Below are positions 20,390 through 56,887 of a DNA stretch of 64,000 nt, in pieces. Within the stretch, counting starts at the first letter, position 1. Every line of letters begins with the position of its first letter. Both the position numbers and the translations under genes were made by a program. The notes below the pieces were generated by a model. It was not told the DNA's origin. It did no database searches and saw only the letters and a list, made by a program, of their open reading frames with translations. Source of the stretch: Macrostomum lignano (Eukaryota); NCBI GenBank assembly GCA_002269645.1, contig NIVC01002056.1:1-64000 (forward strand). The letters run 5' to 3'.

Positions 20390-23154
20390 CTGCAATTAGA
20401 AACAAACTTTTTTTAAGAAGATTGGTGAATTTATTTTTTATCTTAACAATCAATAAGTACATAAAAAAATAATATGTCTATCAATACATATAATTACGAA
20501 ATTAGCCCAGTACTTATTAATATGAAAAACTTGAATATAAATTCCTGACTTTAATAATCAAAATTATCATGCAAACTGCACCAAGTTGTAGAGGGCTTCT
20601 GACTATACAAAATAAATAAAATTAGCTTTTAAATTAAAAATGGGATAAATAAAAAAATATTCTAATCTCTACTTTTTGATCAATTCTATTTACACATAAG
20701 AGGTCAAGCTTTATCTTTAATTTAAAAGAAATGACACTGTTTTTTATTTTTTCATATTCTAATTTGCAATTATATTTTTATCAATCATATTTATTTTTTA
20801 GCTGTCAGCCTAAGATTGCTATTGTAACTGATATGAATATTCAGGGGCTAGCGGAATGGGCGACCCTTGCCTCCCCACTGTGTCTATGGACCACCCTGCA
20901 GCTAAGTCAAGTAAGATATGAATATATATTGACAAGTTTGAAAGTAAGTTATTGCAGATGCAAATAAAAATCAATGATTAATAAAATATTTAGCTATTGA
21001 TAGTTGTTCACATTTTATTGTAACTTTTTGTTTTATAAATTATGAATCTTCAAAACATTTTTTGCTATAGCTAATAATTTCTAGTGTAGTATCATGAGTC
21101 CTGAAAGATTTTTTCATTATCTTGAGAAATTAAAGATAGTATTCTGTTCTTTATAGTTCTTTAGAACCTAATAAATTAAACATAACTAACTCCAACTTAT
21201 TCTAAATTTTCTAATGAATTTTTTTCATTTCAACAACTACACCACTGCACTTGGTACTATTAAAATTTTTAGAACTGCTTATTATTTTTCATATTTTTCA
21301 TAAATTTCATTCTGGCAATGTCTTTAATTAAACGTGAAATTTATTTACATCAATAACTAAAAAATTCTACGATTATGTTATGTCACATATATTCTAAATA
21401 TTTCTATAATTTCCTGAAAAGCTAGCAGTTTTTGATGAGCAGAACAAAAGTAAAACATATTTACACCTAGAAAAGAAGGCAGAGAGAATCAATGGAGTGT
21501 TCTGGAAATTAGCGAAAAATCGATCTAAGAATACCAAAAATGAAATAAAGCTTAAACTAAATTTGAAAACAAAAGTTTCTGTCGAATGTATATATTTCAT
21601 GATTATTTGCTACAGCATGTTGACTTATGCCGACTTTAACGTGAGCTCATGGAGTAAGTCTCGACTCGAGTAGTCTGGCCTAGCAGTCTAGCAGCTTACA
21701 AGTGCGTGCGAAAACTTTTTAAAAATATTTAAACGTTAATTCCACTTAAACTAGGTAAAACAAAAATATATCAATTTAAGTACTCCCAGTCTGTTTGAAA
21801 GAATTATATGTTTTATATTTAAATGTAAAACTACTAGATACTAAAAAATTCTAAGGTAGAAACTTTTACATGAAATAAACTATTAACACAGTTTCATGTA
21901 GATGTGCGAATTAAAGCTGTGCTTTAAGAACTTAATCATCCGATCCACAGCTCTAATTTTCGGTTGTAGATAGCTACCAGATATTTTAGACGAGAACTCG
22001 TTGCCAAATATGTTTATTTCAATTCTCTTTGCATTTCCAGAATCTTCTTTGTGCACTTTTGGATTTCTACATGTATATAGCGTCCACATTTTTAACGAAA
22101 ATATGAGAAACAATGTGAATAAGAAATAAGAAATATGTCAGAAATATAAGAAAATAGGAGAAATACTGTACTCGTCGTAATTAAATTCCATTGATTTTAA
22201 TTTATATACATGATGTAGCAGAGGTTATGCAGCCAAAGTTTGCTGAATAGTTCAAATTAGCTACATGTGCTAACCCACACACAGCTAGCGCTCGCGCCGT
22301 TGTAGAAAGCGCATCGCTTTCCGTTGGCGTGACTTTCGAAGACGCGCTCAGCCCTAATTGCTGAAAAGAGGCTGAAAAAAAGAAGAGAAATAAACAAAGC
22401 TGAGTAGGCAGAGAGCACTACATGCACAAGAAAGTGGATTTATTTTTATAGCAGCTATAATAGCATATACGAGCGTACGACGTACAATAAAAGCTATATG
22501 GACAGTTGCTGGGGAGCCACCCAGTTCCCATCTGTGTACTTGAGACTTGCTTCTGCACTCGGGTGCCCATGCAATGCAACCGCCTCTTTCTCAAACGCAC
22601 TTTGTACTCTCTAGACTCGACAATAGGCATATAAGCTTGAAAATTTTGAGCCCGCACAATTGGCAGGTGTTGGGGCGCGCAAGGGCGGAGACACCTCGGG
22701 AAGACATGCGGCAGCAGCTGCGCTTGATGTGCACGGTACCCGCCTCTCCTCCCTCTCTTAGCCACCTCAGCCCTTCCTCTGTTACTCTGCCCCGCTTTTC
22801 TCTTGCTCAGCAACTGTCTTTCTCTACACCCTATCCTTCTCTCTCTCCTTTTCACCTTCCCTTCCCTGTCGGTCCCGTCAATGTGTACATCCGAGTACAG
22901 CTTTCTGGACCGTGACTCAATAGGGAGAGACGAAGTCGGAAGCAAGCGAGAGCAAAGCAGCAGCTCACTCTGTCCTAAACCTCCAACGCTCTATCTAGAC
23001 TGGCCCAGCCTTGCCCTCTTTCTATATACTTTGCTTGCATAAGCGCAGCAGACACACTTAACGCTGAGCAGCCGGTCAATTGCCATATCTATATTCGCGG
23101 CTATAATAAACTATCCAATAAATAACTGCCCTACTGAAAGCTTGTTGGAATCTC

Positions 23155-23388
23155 ATGAGTGATAAGGCAGCGGCAGCAGCAGCAAAGGACAGCGCTAACA
23201 GTCAACAGGGTCAGGGCAACTCCGAAGCTAGGAACAGCGGCCAAGCAGACAAACACCGACGATCGTCAGCTGATCGGAGGAGCACCGCCTCCTCGCGAGA
23301 CAGCAGTCGGGAGAGGCCGATGTGCCTCTACGACTGGCTCTTTTACATCTGCTCGTGCAAGTGCTGCAAAAAGAATCGAGACGATTAA
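23155..23388 (+). CDS. 77-aa ORF, charged/Ser-rich with Cys cluster (CSCKCCKK); same frame as the downstream ORF
   Basis: ATG 23155, TAA 23386-23388; only 7 sense codons separate it from ATG 23410. Confidence 0.5.
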   Translation: MSDKAAAAAAKDSANSQQGQGNSEARNSGQADKHRRSSADRRSTASSRDSSRERPMCLYDWLFYICSCKCCKKNRDD

Positions 23389-23409
23389 AAGTTTAACAGG
23401 CAAGCTAAC

Positions 23410-25260
23410 ATGTTAAACGGACGCGGTCAACTGTCCTTATCGAGCCCTAAGCGTGACAGCTGGTCATCATCCGGTGATACCAGTTACTATGACGCCAGAG
23501 ACCAACTCACTGGCGACGAGCTTGAAGCAGACGAAGCCAATGCTGGGAGATACAACGCGGCGCTAAGCGTAGTTGACACTTCGCAGGACTTACAAAATGC
23601 GCACGACAGAGCCACAGCCTATTACGACAACACAGCCTATCTCCATGACAACGGTCCCGTAGCTACTAAGAGTCTAGCAAGCAGTGATGGCACTCTGAAA
23701 GGCACTTTCTACAAGAAGAAAAAGATGTTCCAACGAAACAAGAAGAACCAGTTACCAGCGCACCTGAGAGCTGAGACAAACATAGATTCTACAACAACCG
23801 GAGGGGAGGATGAAAGTGCCGCACCTGGCGTTGAAGTAGAAGAGACTGACGACGACTTCGGTTTTAAATTCCGGCCATCGATACCGCCGCCAAGGCCGCT
23901 GCTTCAGTCTGCACCATCCGTTGGCCTGACTCTCGAAGACACGCTCAGCATGAAGCGATCGGACCGCCCAGCAACTGCCGCGCATCCAGTAGGCTTCCCT
24001 AACGGCGGCGCAGAGATCCGCAGCAGCGGAATCCTGCTGGAAACCAACATCGACTCCGAATTGGACGACAACTCTTCAATCCCGTCATCGTACTACCCTG
24101 ATCAGATGAAGCGACCCGAACAACAGTCCCAGCAACAGCTACAAAGCTCTCACCATGACGGTCAACCGGGCATTTCTCAGCCATACGTTCGACCGCCTCC
24201 AGCCGTGGTGCCCATGGTGCCATTTCATTTCAACACCGCAGTTCGCGAAGAGGATGAGGATACAGATGCCACCGCGGCCGTGGAAGATGACGACGAAAAC
24301 TCTTCTGGGACAACACCCGCCGGCTTCCACGAGGAGGTACCTCGAATGGCATCAGGCAGCGGCTGGAGTCCATACTCTCCGGTGTCTCCAAGCGGAACCG
24401 TCATAGAAAACGGAGTGCCGCAGCACAAGTTTGCTCCGTCTCCTTTCAAATCGCCCGCGGCCACGTCAATGACCAAATCGGCTCAGTCGCAGGCTGGCAG
24501 GAGTCCGCATCAATACCCTGGCCCGGCGCCACCTCGGATGATGGCGCGGTTAGATACAGATTTTGAAGTGAGCTCAGACGAAATGGACTTCACAGAGACG
24601 ACGCCGGGAGACATGGCTATTCTGGAGTATTCCAGAGCCTTGGAGGAGGCCGAGCGAATGCGCCACATCGCCGGTGGTAACTACGTATTCGCTAAGCCTC
24701 CAGCCTCGCAGTTGACCAACTCAGTGCCCGATTTCCTCAATTACTCGGGTCGCTACGCTAGCAACATCACCGGCTCCGTGGGAATTCGGGCCAAGTCGAT
24801 GAACACGCTCACAGCGTCGCGCAGCTCCCTGCGCAGCAGCGGCGTCAGCGGCAAAGAACTACTGACGCCAGGCAGGGCCAGACGGGCCTCCCTGCGCAGG
24901 AGTCGCTTGGGTCTGGAGCCCGGCGGCGGCGTCTACACCATCCCGGTTTTTGACGACTCCAACCCGACTCTGGTGTCCGGCAACAGTCAAACTAACTTTG
25001 CAGGGCCGAGGCACTTGCCGGGAGAGTTCGACGAACCGACGGTACCCGAGGTACAGCATCACGGACCAGTGCGGTCGAGCAAGCAGATGAGCTGCCTGGA
25101 ACGATGCGACAATGTCTGCTGTCCGAACACGCCGCGTAGGCTACTGGTCCGGTATCTGCTCATTGCCGGCATCTGCGTCTGCTGCGTCCTGCTGGGTGTA
25201 GCGGTGGCGGTTATTGTCATCAGCACCAGGCCAAAGACGGATAATACCAGCGGCGCCTAG
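23410..25260 (+). CDS. 616-aa uncharacterised disordered protein with one C-terminal transmembrane helix (tail-anchored-like)
   Basis: Non-repetitive 1851-nt ORF; C-terminus CLERCDNVCC...RRLLVRYLLIAGICVCCVLLGVAVAVIVIS-TRPKTDNTSGA; AATAAA at 25457. Confidence 0.85.
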   Translation: MLNGRGQLSLSSPKRDSWSSSGDTSYYDARDQLTGDELEADEANAGRYNAALSVVDTSQDLQNAHDRATAYYDNTAYLHDNGPVATKSLASSDGTLKGTFYKKKKMFQRNKKNQLPAHLRAETNIDSTTTGGEDESAAPGVEVEETDDDFGFKFRPSIPPPRPLLQSAPSVGLTLEDTLSMKRSDRPATAAHPVGFPNGGAEIRSSGILLETNIDSELDDNSSIPSSYYPDQMKRPEQQSQQQLQSSHHDGQPGISQPYVRPPPAVVPMVPFHFNTAVREEDEDTDATAAVEDDDENSSGTTPAGFHEEVPRMASGSGWSPYSPVSPSGTVIENGVPQHKFAPSPFKSPAATSMTKSAQSQAGRSPHQYPGPAPPRMMARLDTDFEVSSDEMDFTETTPGDMAILEYSRALEEAERMRHIAGGNYVFAKPPASQLTNSVPDFLNYSGRYASNITGSVGIRAKSMNTLTASRSSLRSSGVSGKELLTPGRARRASLRRSRLGLEPGGGVYTIPVFDDSNPTLVSGNSQTNFAGPRHLPGEFDEPTVPEVQHHGPVRSSKQMSCLERCDNVCCPNTPRRLLVRYLLIAGICVCCVLLGVAVAVIVISTRPKTDNTSGA

Positions 25261-25456
25261 CGCTCTGCTGATCAATCAATCAATCACTTGAAGTGTTTCC
25301 TTTCCATTTTGCGTGTCTGCAAGTAGCTCAAAATCCTGCAAAATGCATTAATATTGTTTCTATGTTACTGACTGAGCAGTGAAAAGAGCCACAAAACGAT
25401 GCAAGAGTCAATACTCTTCAACTTGAAGTTAATCGACTGTCATTGTTACATTTACA

Positions 25457-25462
25457 AATAAA
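25457..25462 (+). terminator. Candidate polyadenylation signal AATAAA
   Basis: ~200 bp downstream of the TAG at 25260. Confidence 0.45.
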
Positions 25463-25870
25463 GACTTATTCTTACCTGTGTCATTTTGCTGGCTTCAAAA
25501 CAATTTCTGTGATGCATTGGAAATACTTCTTTTTACCTTACTTGGATAGCGTTGAAAGCTACCTTTTTGTTTATCTGTTTTGTACAGCTTCGCGTTTTTC
25601 CTGACCAAAAAGTAGCTCTTGTACTTTAAAACTGAGCGAAATTTTTCATGACACGATCTTTTCGCTTTTGCTATTTTGTAGTTCATATGTCTACTCTTTG
25701 TTGCATGTACTTTTTGTCAAATATTCCTGAAAATGTTATATCATATATCTATTAATAGGATTTTAGCTCATTATTTACAAAAAGTTAGAATAGTTGTTTC
25801 AGCTTCCAAGGCAAAATATAATCAGAATCGTCTTTAATATTTGTGCTTAAAGTCTACCAATAGTTACATG

Positions 25871-27115
25871 TTCCTTCCTTCCTTCCTTCCTTCCTTCCTT
25901 CCTTCCTTCCTCCCTTCCTTCCTTCGTTCCTTCCTTCCTTCCTTCCTTCCTTCGTTCCTTCCTTCCTTCCTTCCTTCCTTCCTTCCTTCCTTCCTTCCTT
26001 CCTTCCTCCTTCCTTCCTTCCTTCCTTCCTCCCTTGCTTCCTTCCTTCCTTCCTTCCTTCCTTCCTTCCTTCGTTCCTTCCTTCCTTCCTTCCTTCCTTC
26101 CTCCCTTCCTTCCTTCCTTCCTTCCTTCCTTCCTTCCTCCCTTCCTTCCTTCCTTCCTTCCTTCCTTCCTTCCTTCCTCCCTTGCTTCCTTCCTTCCTTC
26201 CTTCCTTCCTTCCTTCCTTCCTTCCTTCGTTCCTTCCTTCCTTCCTTCGTTCCTTCCTTCCTTCCTTCCTTCCTTCCTCCCTTGCTTCCTTCCTTCCTTC
26301 CTTCCTTCCTTCCTTCCTTCCTTCCTTCCTTCCTTCCTTCCTTCCTTCCTTCGTTCCTTCGTTCCTTCCTTCCTTCCTTCCTTCGTTCCTTCCTTCCTTC
26401 CTTCGTTCCTTCCTTCCTTCCTTCCTTCCTTCCTTCCTTCCTTCCTTCGTTCCTTCGTTCCTTCCTTCCTTCCTTCCTTCGTTCCTTCCTTCCTTCCTTC
26501 CTTCCTTCCTTCCTTCCTTCCTTCCTTCCTTCCTTCCTTCCTTCCTTCCTTCCTTCCTTCCTTCCTTCCTTCCTTCCTTCCTTCCTTCCTTCGTTCCTTC
26601 CTTCCTTCCTTCGTTCCTTCCTTCCTCCCTTCCTTCCTTCGTTCCTTCCTTCCTTCCTTCGTTCCTTCCTTCCTTCCTTCCTTCCTTCCTTCCTTCCTTC
26701 CTTCTTTCCTTCCTTCCTTCCTTCCTTCCTTCCTCCCTTGCTTCCTTCCTTCCTTCCTTCCTTCCTTCCTTCCTTCCTTCGTTCCTTCCTTCCTTCCTTC
26801 GTTCCTTCCTTCCTTCCTTCCTTCCTTCCTTCCTTCCTTCTTTCCTTCCTTCGTTCCTTCCTTCCTTCCTTCGTTCCTTCCTTCCTTCCTTCCTTCCTTC
26901 CTTCCTTCCTTCCTTCGTTCCTTCCTCCCTTCCTTCCTTCCTTCTTTCCTTCCTTCCTTCCTTCCTTCCTTCTTTCCTTCCTTCCTTCCTTCCTTCCTTC
27001 TTTCCTTCCTTCCTTCCTTCCTTCCTTCTTTCCTTCCTTCCTTCCTTCCTTCCTTCCTTCTTTCCTTCCTTCCTTCCTTCCTTCCTTCCTTCCTTCTTTC
27101 CTTCCTTCCTTCTTT
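25871..27115. repeat. (TTCC)n polypyrimidine microsatellite, ~1.25 kb
   Basis: Tetranucleotide run with scattered TTCG/TTTC variants, between convergent genes. Confidence 0.99.
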
Positions 27116-27904
27116 TCCCCCATTCATCAAATTCTTCTTCCTTCAAACTTCAACGGGTGACAGACTGTTAGTTACCGATTTTATCATCAAATTATTATTG
27201 AAATATTATCGTAATCGAATTGCAAAGTGAAGGGCAAATCTGTACATAGGAATAAAAATTTTTGATAGTTGAATGCGCAGCTGCGACAGGAACTGTATTC
27301 GCCAGAGTTCAATAGAAAAGCATGCCAAAATATCGGAGATCAGGTTGTTAAAATCCGAAATTCATGAATAGTAAATGCTTATACTTACATGTAACAAGCA
27401 ACAGTAAGCATATTATATTTAGATAGTATAGTTTGCAGCCAGACAATGCACCCTCTGACCTTTTGAGGAATTGGCTCTAATGAGTGTGAATCACACAATA
27501 ATTCGTTAACAAGACCAATCAGACAAAAATTTTGTTCAAATCCTCACTGAGCGGAATTATTGCTCAAGTAGTTTTTGCATTGACAACTGCAGGAAAATAT
27601 CGATATCTTCTTTTAAAATGAAACAAGATCAAATTTGTGAATGTATAGTCAAGCAGAGTAGCAAAGTGATGAGGACGACTTTTTGGGGCAAAGCTATAAG
27701 TCTGGCCTCTGACACCGTTCTGTGCATGTATATCGAAGCCAACAGATAAACTAGGGAGAATATTGCATATCAAGCATCAGTCGTCAGTCAAATTGATAAA
27801 GATGTCAATCCAGTTGATAATTCTACTCAAATCGGCACCCAGTGTAAAAATCAATTAAATCAAAGAGTCAAGACACTAAAAGTTCAGGACAAGCATGAGG
27901 CTCG

Positions 27905-28590
27905 GACACAGCAATAGGACAGACACAGCAATCGGACAGACACAGCAATCGGACACTAACACAGCAATCGGACACAGACACAGGAATCAGACACAGACAC
28001 AGCAATCGGACACAGACACAGGAATCGGACACTAACACAGCAATTGGAAACAGACACAGCAATCGGACACAGACACAACAATCGGACACAGACACAGCAA
28101 TCGGACACAGACACAGCAATCGGACACAGACACAACAATCGGACACTAACACAGCAATCGGACACAGACACAACAATCGGACACAGACACAGCAATCGGA
28201 CACAGACACAGGAATCGGACACTAACACAGCAATCGGACACAGACACAGCAATCGGACACAGACACAGGAATCGGACACTAACACAGCAATTGGAAACAG
28301 ACACAGCAATCGGACACAGACGCAGCAATCGGACACAGACACAGCAATCGGACACAGACACAGCAATCGGACACAGACACAGCAATCGGACACAGACACA
28401 GCAATCGGACACAGACACAGCAATCGGACACAGACACAGCAATCGGACACAGACACAGCAATCGGACACAGACACAGCAATCGGACACAGACACAGCAAT
28501 CGGACACAGACACAGCAATCGGACACAGACACAGCAATCGGACACAGACCAGCAATCAGACACAGACACAGGAATCTAACACAGACACAG
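27905..28590. repeat. 19-bp minisatellite (CAGCAATCGGACACAGACA)n, ~36 copies
   Basis: 19-bp period (CAATC at 28383, 28402, 28421). Confidence 0.97.
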
Positions 28591-28751
28591 GTCATAATTT
28601 GCGACAAAACTATAGTAGGCATTGTTAAAATAAAAAATTCACAATTTTTGCTACGTCCTTCTTAATCCTTAATCCTACTGTAAGTAGTCTGTTGATTTTC
28701 ATAGTAGTAGTATAAGATAATAAAATCTCCTAAAAAGATGCGAGTAAGCAA

Positions 28752-53800
<25,049 letters not shown>

Positions 53801-53945
53801 CGGGTTGCGGAAAGCAGCTTTGAGTCCGGATAGAATTAGATGGAGCGGCTCTGCGCGATTCAAAGAGACTGTTTGAGCTGTTGAAATCCGGCGACGGCTG
53901 GGCGGCGAGTTTTGGCAGAAATTTCCATTAGCATGCCGGGCCATT

Positions 53946-53972
53946 TTGATTGGCTGACGGAGCCAGCCAATG
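53946..53972. promoter_or_regulatory. Two opposed CCAAT boxes upstream of the Ig gene start codon
   Basis: GATTGGCTG and AGCCAATG about 150-170 bp upstream of ATG 53800. Confidence 0.5.
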
Positions 53973-54036
53973 GCGAGAGCCGGGCGAGAGTGGAAGCCAA
54001 CTTGACAGGATTGACTGCTGGCCGATCGGCAAGCCC

Positions 54037-54201
<165 letters not shown>

Positions 54202-54524
54202 TCGTCTAAATAAACAGGGACCCTCAAATTTTCTCGCAACTCAGCCACTCATCTCGTGTTCGTTAATTTATTCAGTCAGAGAAGTTGCCACCCCGTGAAA
54301 TGATTTACGGATGTTTGGGTAGCAGCACTTCGATCTGCTGAAGGATTAAACCTACTGAAAGGTGAACCAGCTTGAAGACTAATTATAATCCTTTTCCCAT
54401 TTTCTGATTTCATCGATTTATGAGCCTGATTGAGTTTCTTCACTAAAAGTCATAATTTCTTGGATTCTGGGAGACTAAAATTTCGTGAAATTAAAAATTT
54501 GAAGCTCTTCATTGTGATTTTGGA

Positions 54525-55406
54525 TTCCGATGTCGGGACTTGAGACTCTAATGTCGGGACTTGGAATTCCAATGTCGGGATTTGAGATTTTCATGTCGGG
54601 ATTTGAGACTCTAATGTCGGGACTTGGGATTCTAATCTCGGGAATTGGGATTCTAATTTCGGGAATTGGGATATTAATTTCGGGAATTGGGATTCTAATT
54701 TCGGGAATTGGGATTCTAATTTCGGGAATTGGGATTCTAATTTCGGGAATTGATTCTAATCTCGGAAATTGGGATTCTAATTTCGGGAATTGGGATTCTA
54801 ATCTCGGGAATTGGGATTTCAATGTCGGGACTTGGCATTCCAATGTCGGGACTTGTGATTCTAATATCGGGACTTGTGATTCTAATCTCGGGAATTGGGA
54901 TTCTAATTTCGGGAATTGGGATATTAATTTCGGGAATTGGGATTCTAATTTCGGGAATTGGGATTCTAATTTCGGGAATTGGGATTCTAATTTCGGGAAT
55001 TGATTCTAATCTCGGAAATTGGGATTCTAATTTCGGGAATTGGGATTCTTATCTCGGAAATTGGGATTCTAATTTCGGAAACTGGGATTCCAATGTCAGG
55101 ACTTGGGATTCCAATGTCGTGACTTGGGATTCTAATGTCGGGAGTTGGGATTCTAATCTCGGGAATTGGGATTCCAATGTCGGGACTTGGGATTCTAATG
55201 TCGAGACTTGGGGCTCCAATGTCGGGACTTGGAATTCTAATGTCGGGACTTGGAATTCTAATGTCGTGACTTGGGATTCTAATGTCGGGACTTGGGATTC
55301 TAATGTCGAGACTTGGGGCTCCAATGTCGGGACTTGGAATTCTAATGTCGGGACTTGGAATTCTAATGTCGTGACTTGGGATTCTAATGTCAGGACTTGG
55401 GATTCT
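54525..55406. repeat. 21-bp minisatellite (TGGGATTCTAATTTCGGGAAT / TGGGATTCTAATGTCGGGACT)n, ~42 copies
   Basis: 21-bp period with variant blocks. Confidence 0.96.
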
Positions 55407-55984
55407 CAAATGTTTTTGAATAATGTGTTGCGGGGGTGTGCCCCTCTGACGATGACTATGATCGTTGATGTTGCTGTTGAATCAAATAAGTCGGAGGTTC
55501 GATTTGTTTCTCTCGATCTCTAACCTTCAACAAGATGTTTATTACTAATCAATGTTAGTAGCAATTCCTAATAGGATATTGATCACGCAATTACGCAAAT
55601 TTGTTAAGCAATTCAGTGAAAATGGAGCCACAGGCTACTTATCAATATTGTTGCACGAATTGACGTTTGTCCGGATTTATCTCTGTTAAATCGGGATATT
55701 AGAGTTCAGGCCCGATTGTTGGGGCAAGCTAGCGGAGCAGTTGAGGAGGCAAAGAGGCGGAGAGCCAAGAACCGGGAAAAAACTGGAGAGAGGCTTCATT
55801 CTCACTGAACGCTAGTATATATATGATTTCTATAACGCATTTCATTGGTGTTCGCTTCACGCAATAGGATCTTTACTGGCGCACATGCATGTGCTGTACT
55901 TTCCTGATAGAAAAACCTTCTGAAGTTCGCATTAGACTAAAAAATAACATTGGGCATAACATGCTTAAATTAAGATCACTTCAA

Positions 55985-56302
55985 TTCTAATGTCAGGACT
56001 TGGGATTCTAATGTCAGGACTTGGGATTCTAATGTCAGGACTTGGGATTCTAATGTCAGGACTTGGGATTCTAATGTCAGGACTTGGGATTCTAATGTCA
56101 GGACTTGGGATTCTAATGTCAGGACTTGGGATTCTAATGTCAGGACTTGGGATTCTAATGTCAGGACTTGGGATTCTAATGTCAGGACTTGGGATTCTAA
56201 TGTCAGGACTTGGGATTCTAATGTCAGGACTTGGGATTCTAATGTCAGGACTTGGGATTCTAATGTCAGGACTTGGGATTCTAATGTCAGGACTTGGGAT
56301 TC
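55985..56302. repeat. 21-bp minisatellite (TTCTAATGTCAGGACTTGGGA)n, 15 identical copies
   Basis: Perfect tandem copies; same family as 54525-55406. Confidence 0.98.
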
Positions 56303-56887
56303 GGGGGGATTCTTGGGATTTTTTGCAGAGATGTAAATTTAACTATTTAATGCTGATTTATGAATCGTGGACGGAAATTACGATACTCGAAAAAGTAATT
56401 AGCTAAAATATTTGAGCTTCACATTGCCTGTCAAGGATCTCATTATTCGATTGCATCAAAAACGAGCCCAGAAATGTCCACGCATTCCTTCGATCCTGCA
56501 TCATCAGCCCTGGGTGGTCTCATCAAACTCCAAGCGCGTGATCAAACACGAGCCAGAAAAGCCAACAACCTCATTTTCCGCTGAGCACACAGACACCAGG
56601 ATCCCAGCAGCTCAAATCTCCCAAAGGGTGTTTGAACAACAGTCTGCGGTCTCATTGTCTTCCCAAATCGGTGTTTAGTTAGGGACCCCCGCTGTGAGCC
56701 CTGCCGGAGCAGGATTGTTTGTTTGAACTTCTTTTTTAGGCCTGTTTTCAGCAGGGTCAACTGAAATGGCGTTCATTGTCTTTGATTGACCGGGGTTCGC
56801 GTCATGGGTGGCTTGGATCCACTGCAGATGAAATTGTAGATCGCAATAGAGTAACTGGCTAATTATTTGCCAAACTGGCACGCATAC

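Noticed and set aside
20847-20859. 13-bp match (TAGCGGAATGGGC) to the sequence just 5' of the SINE head at ~16910-16922
   Set aside because: No extension of similarity and no B-box nearby; a match this short is expected by chance in this much sequence
22418-23042. Overlapping ORFs on both strands upstream of 23155
   Set aside because: No recognisable motifs or consistent splice sites; more likely 5'UTR or promoter sequence
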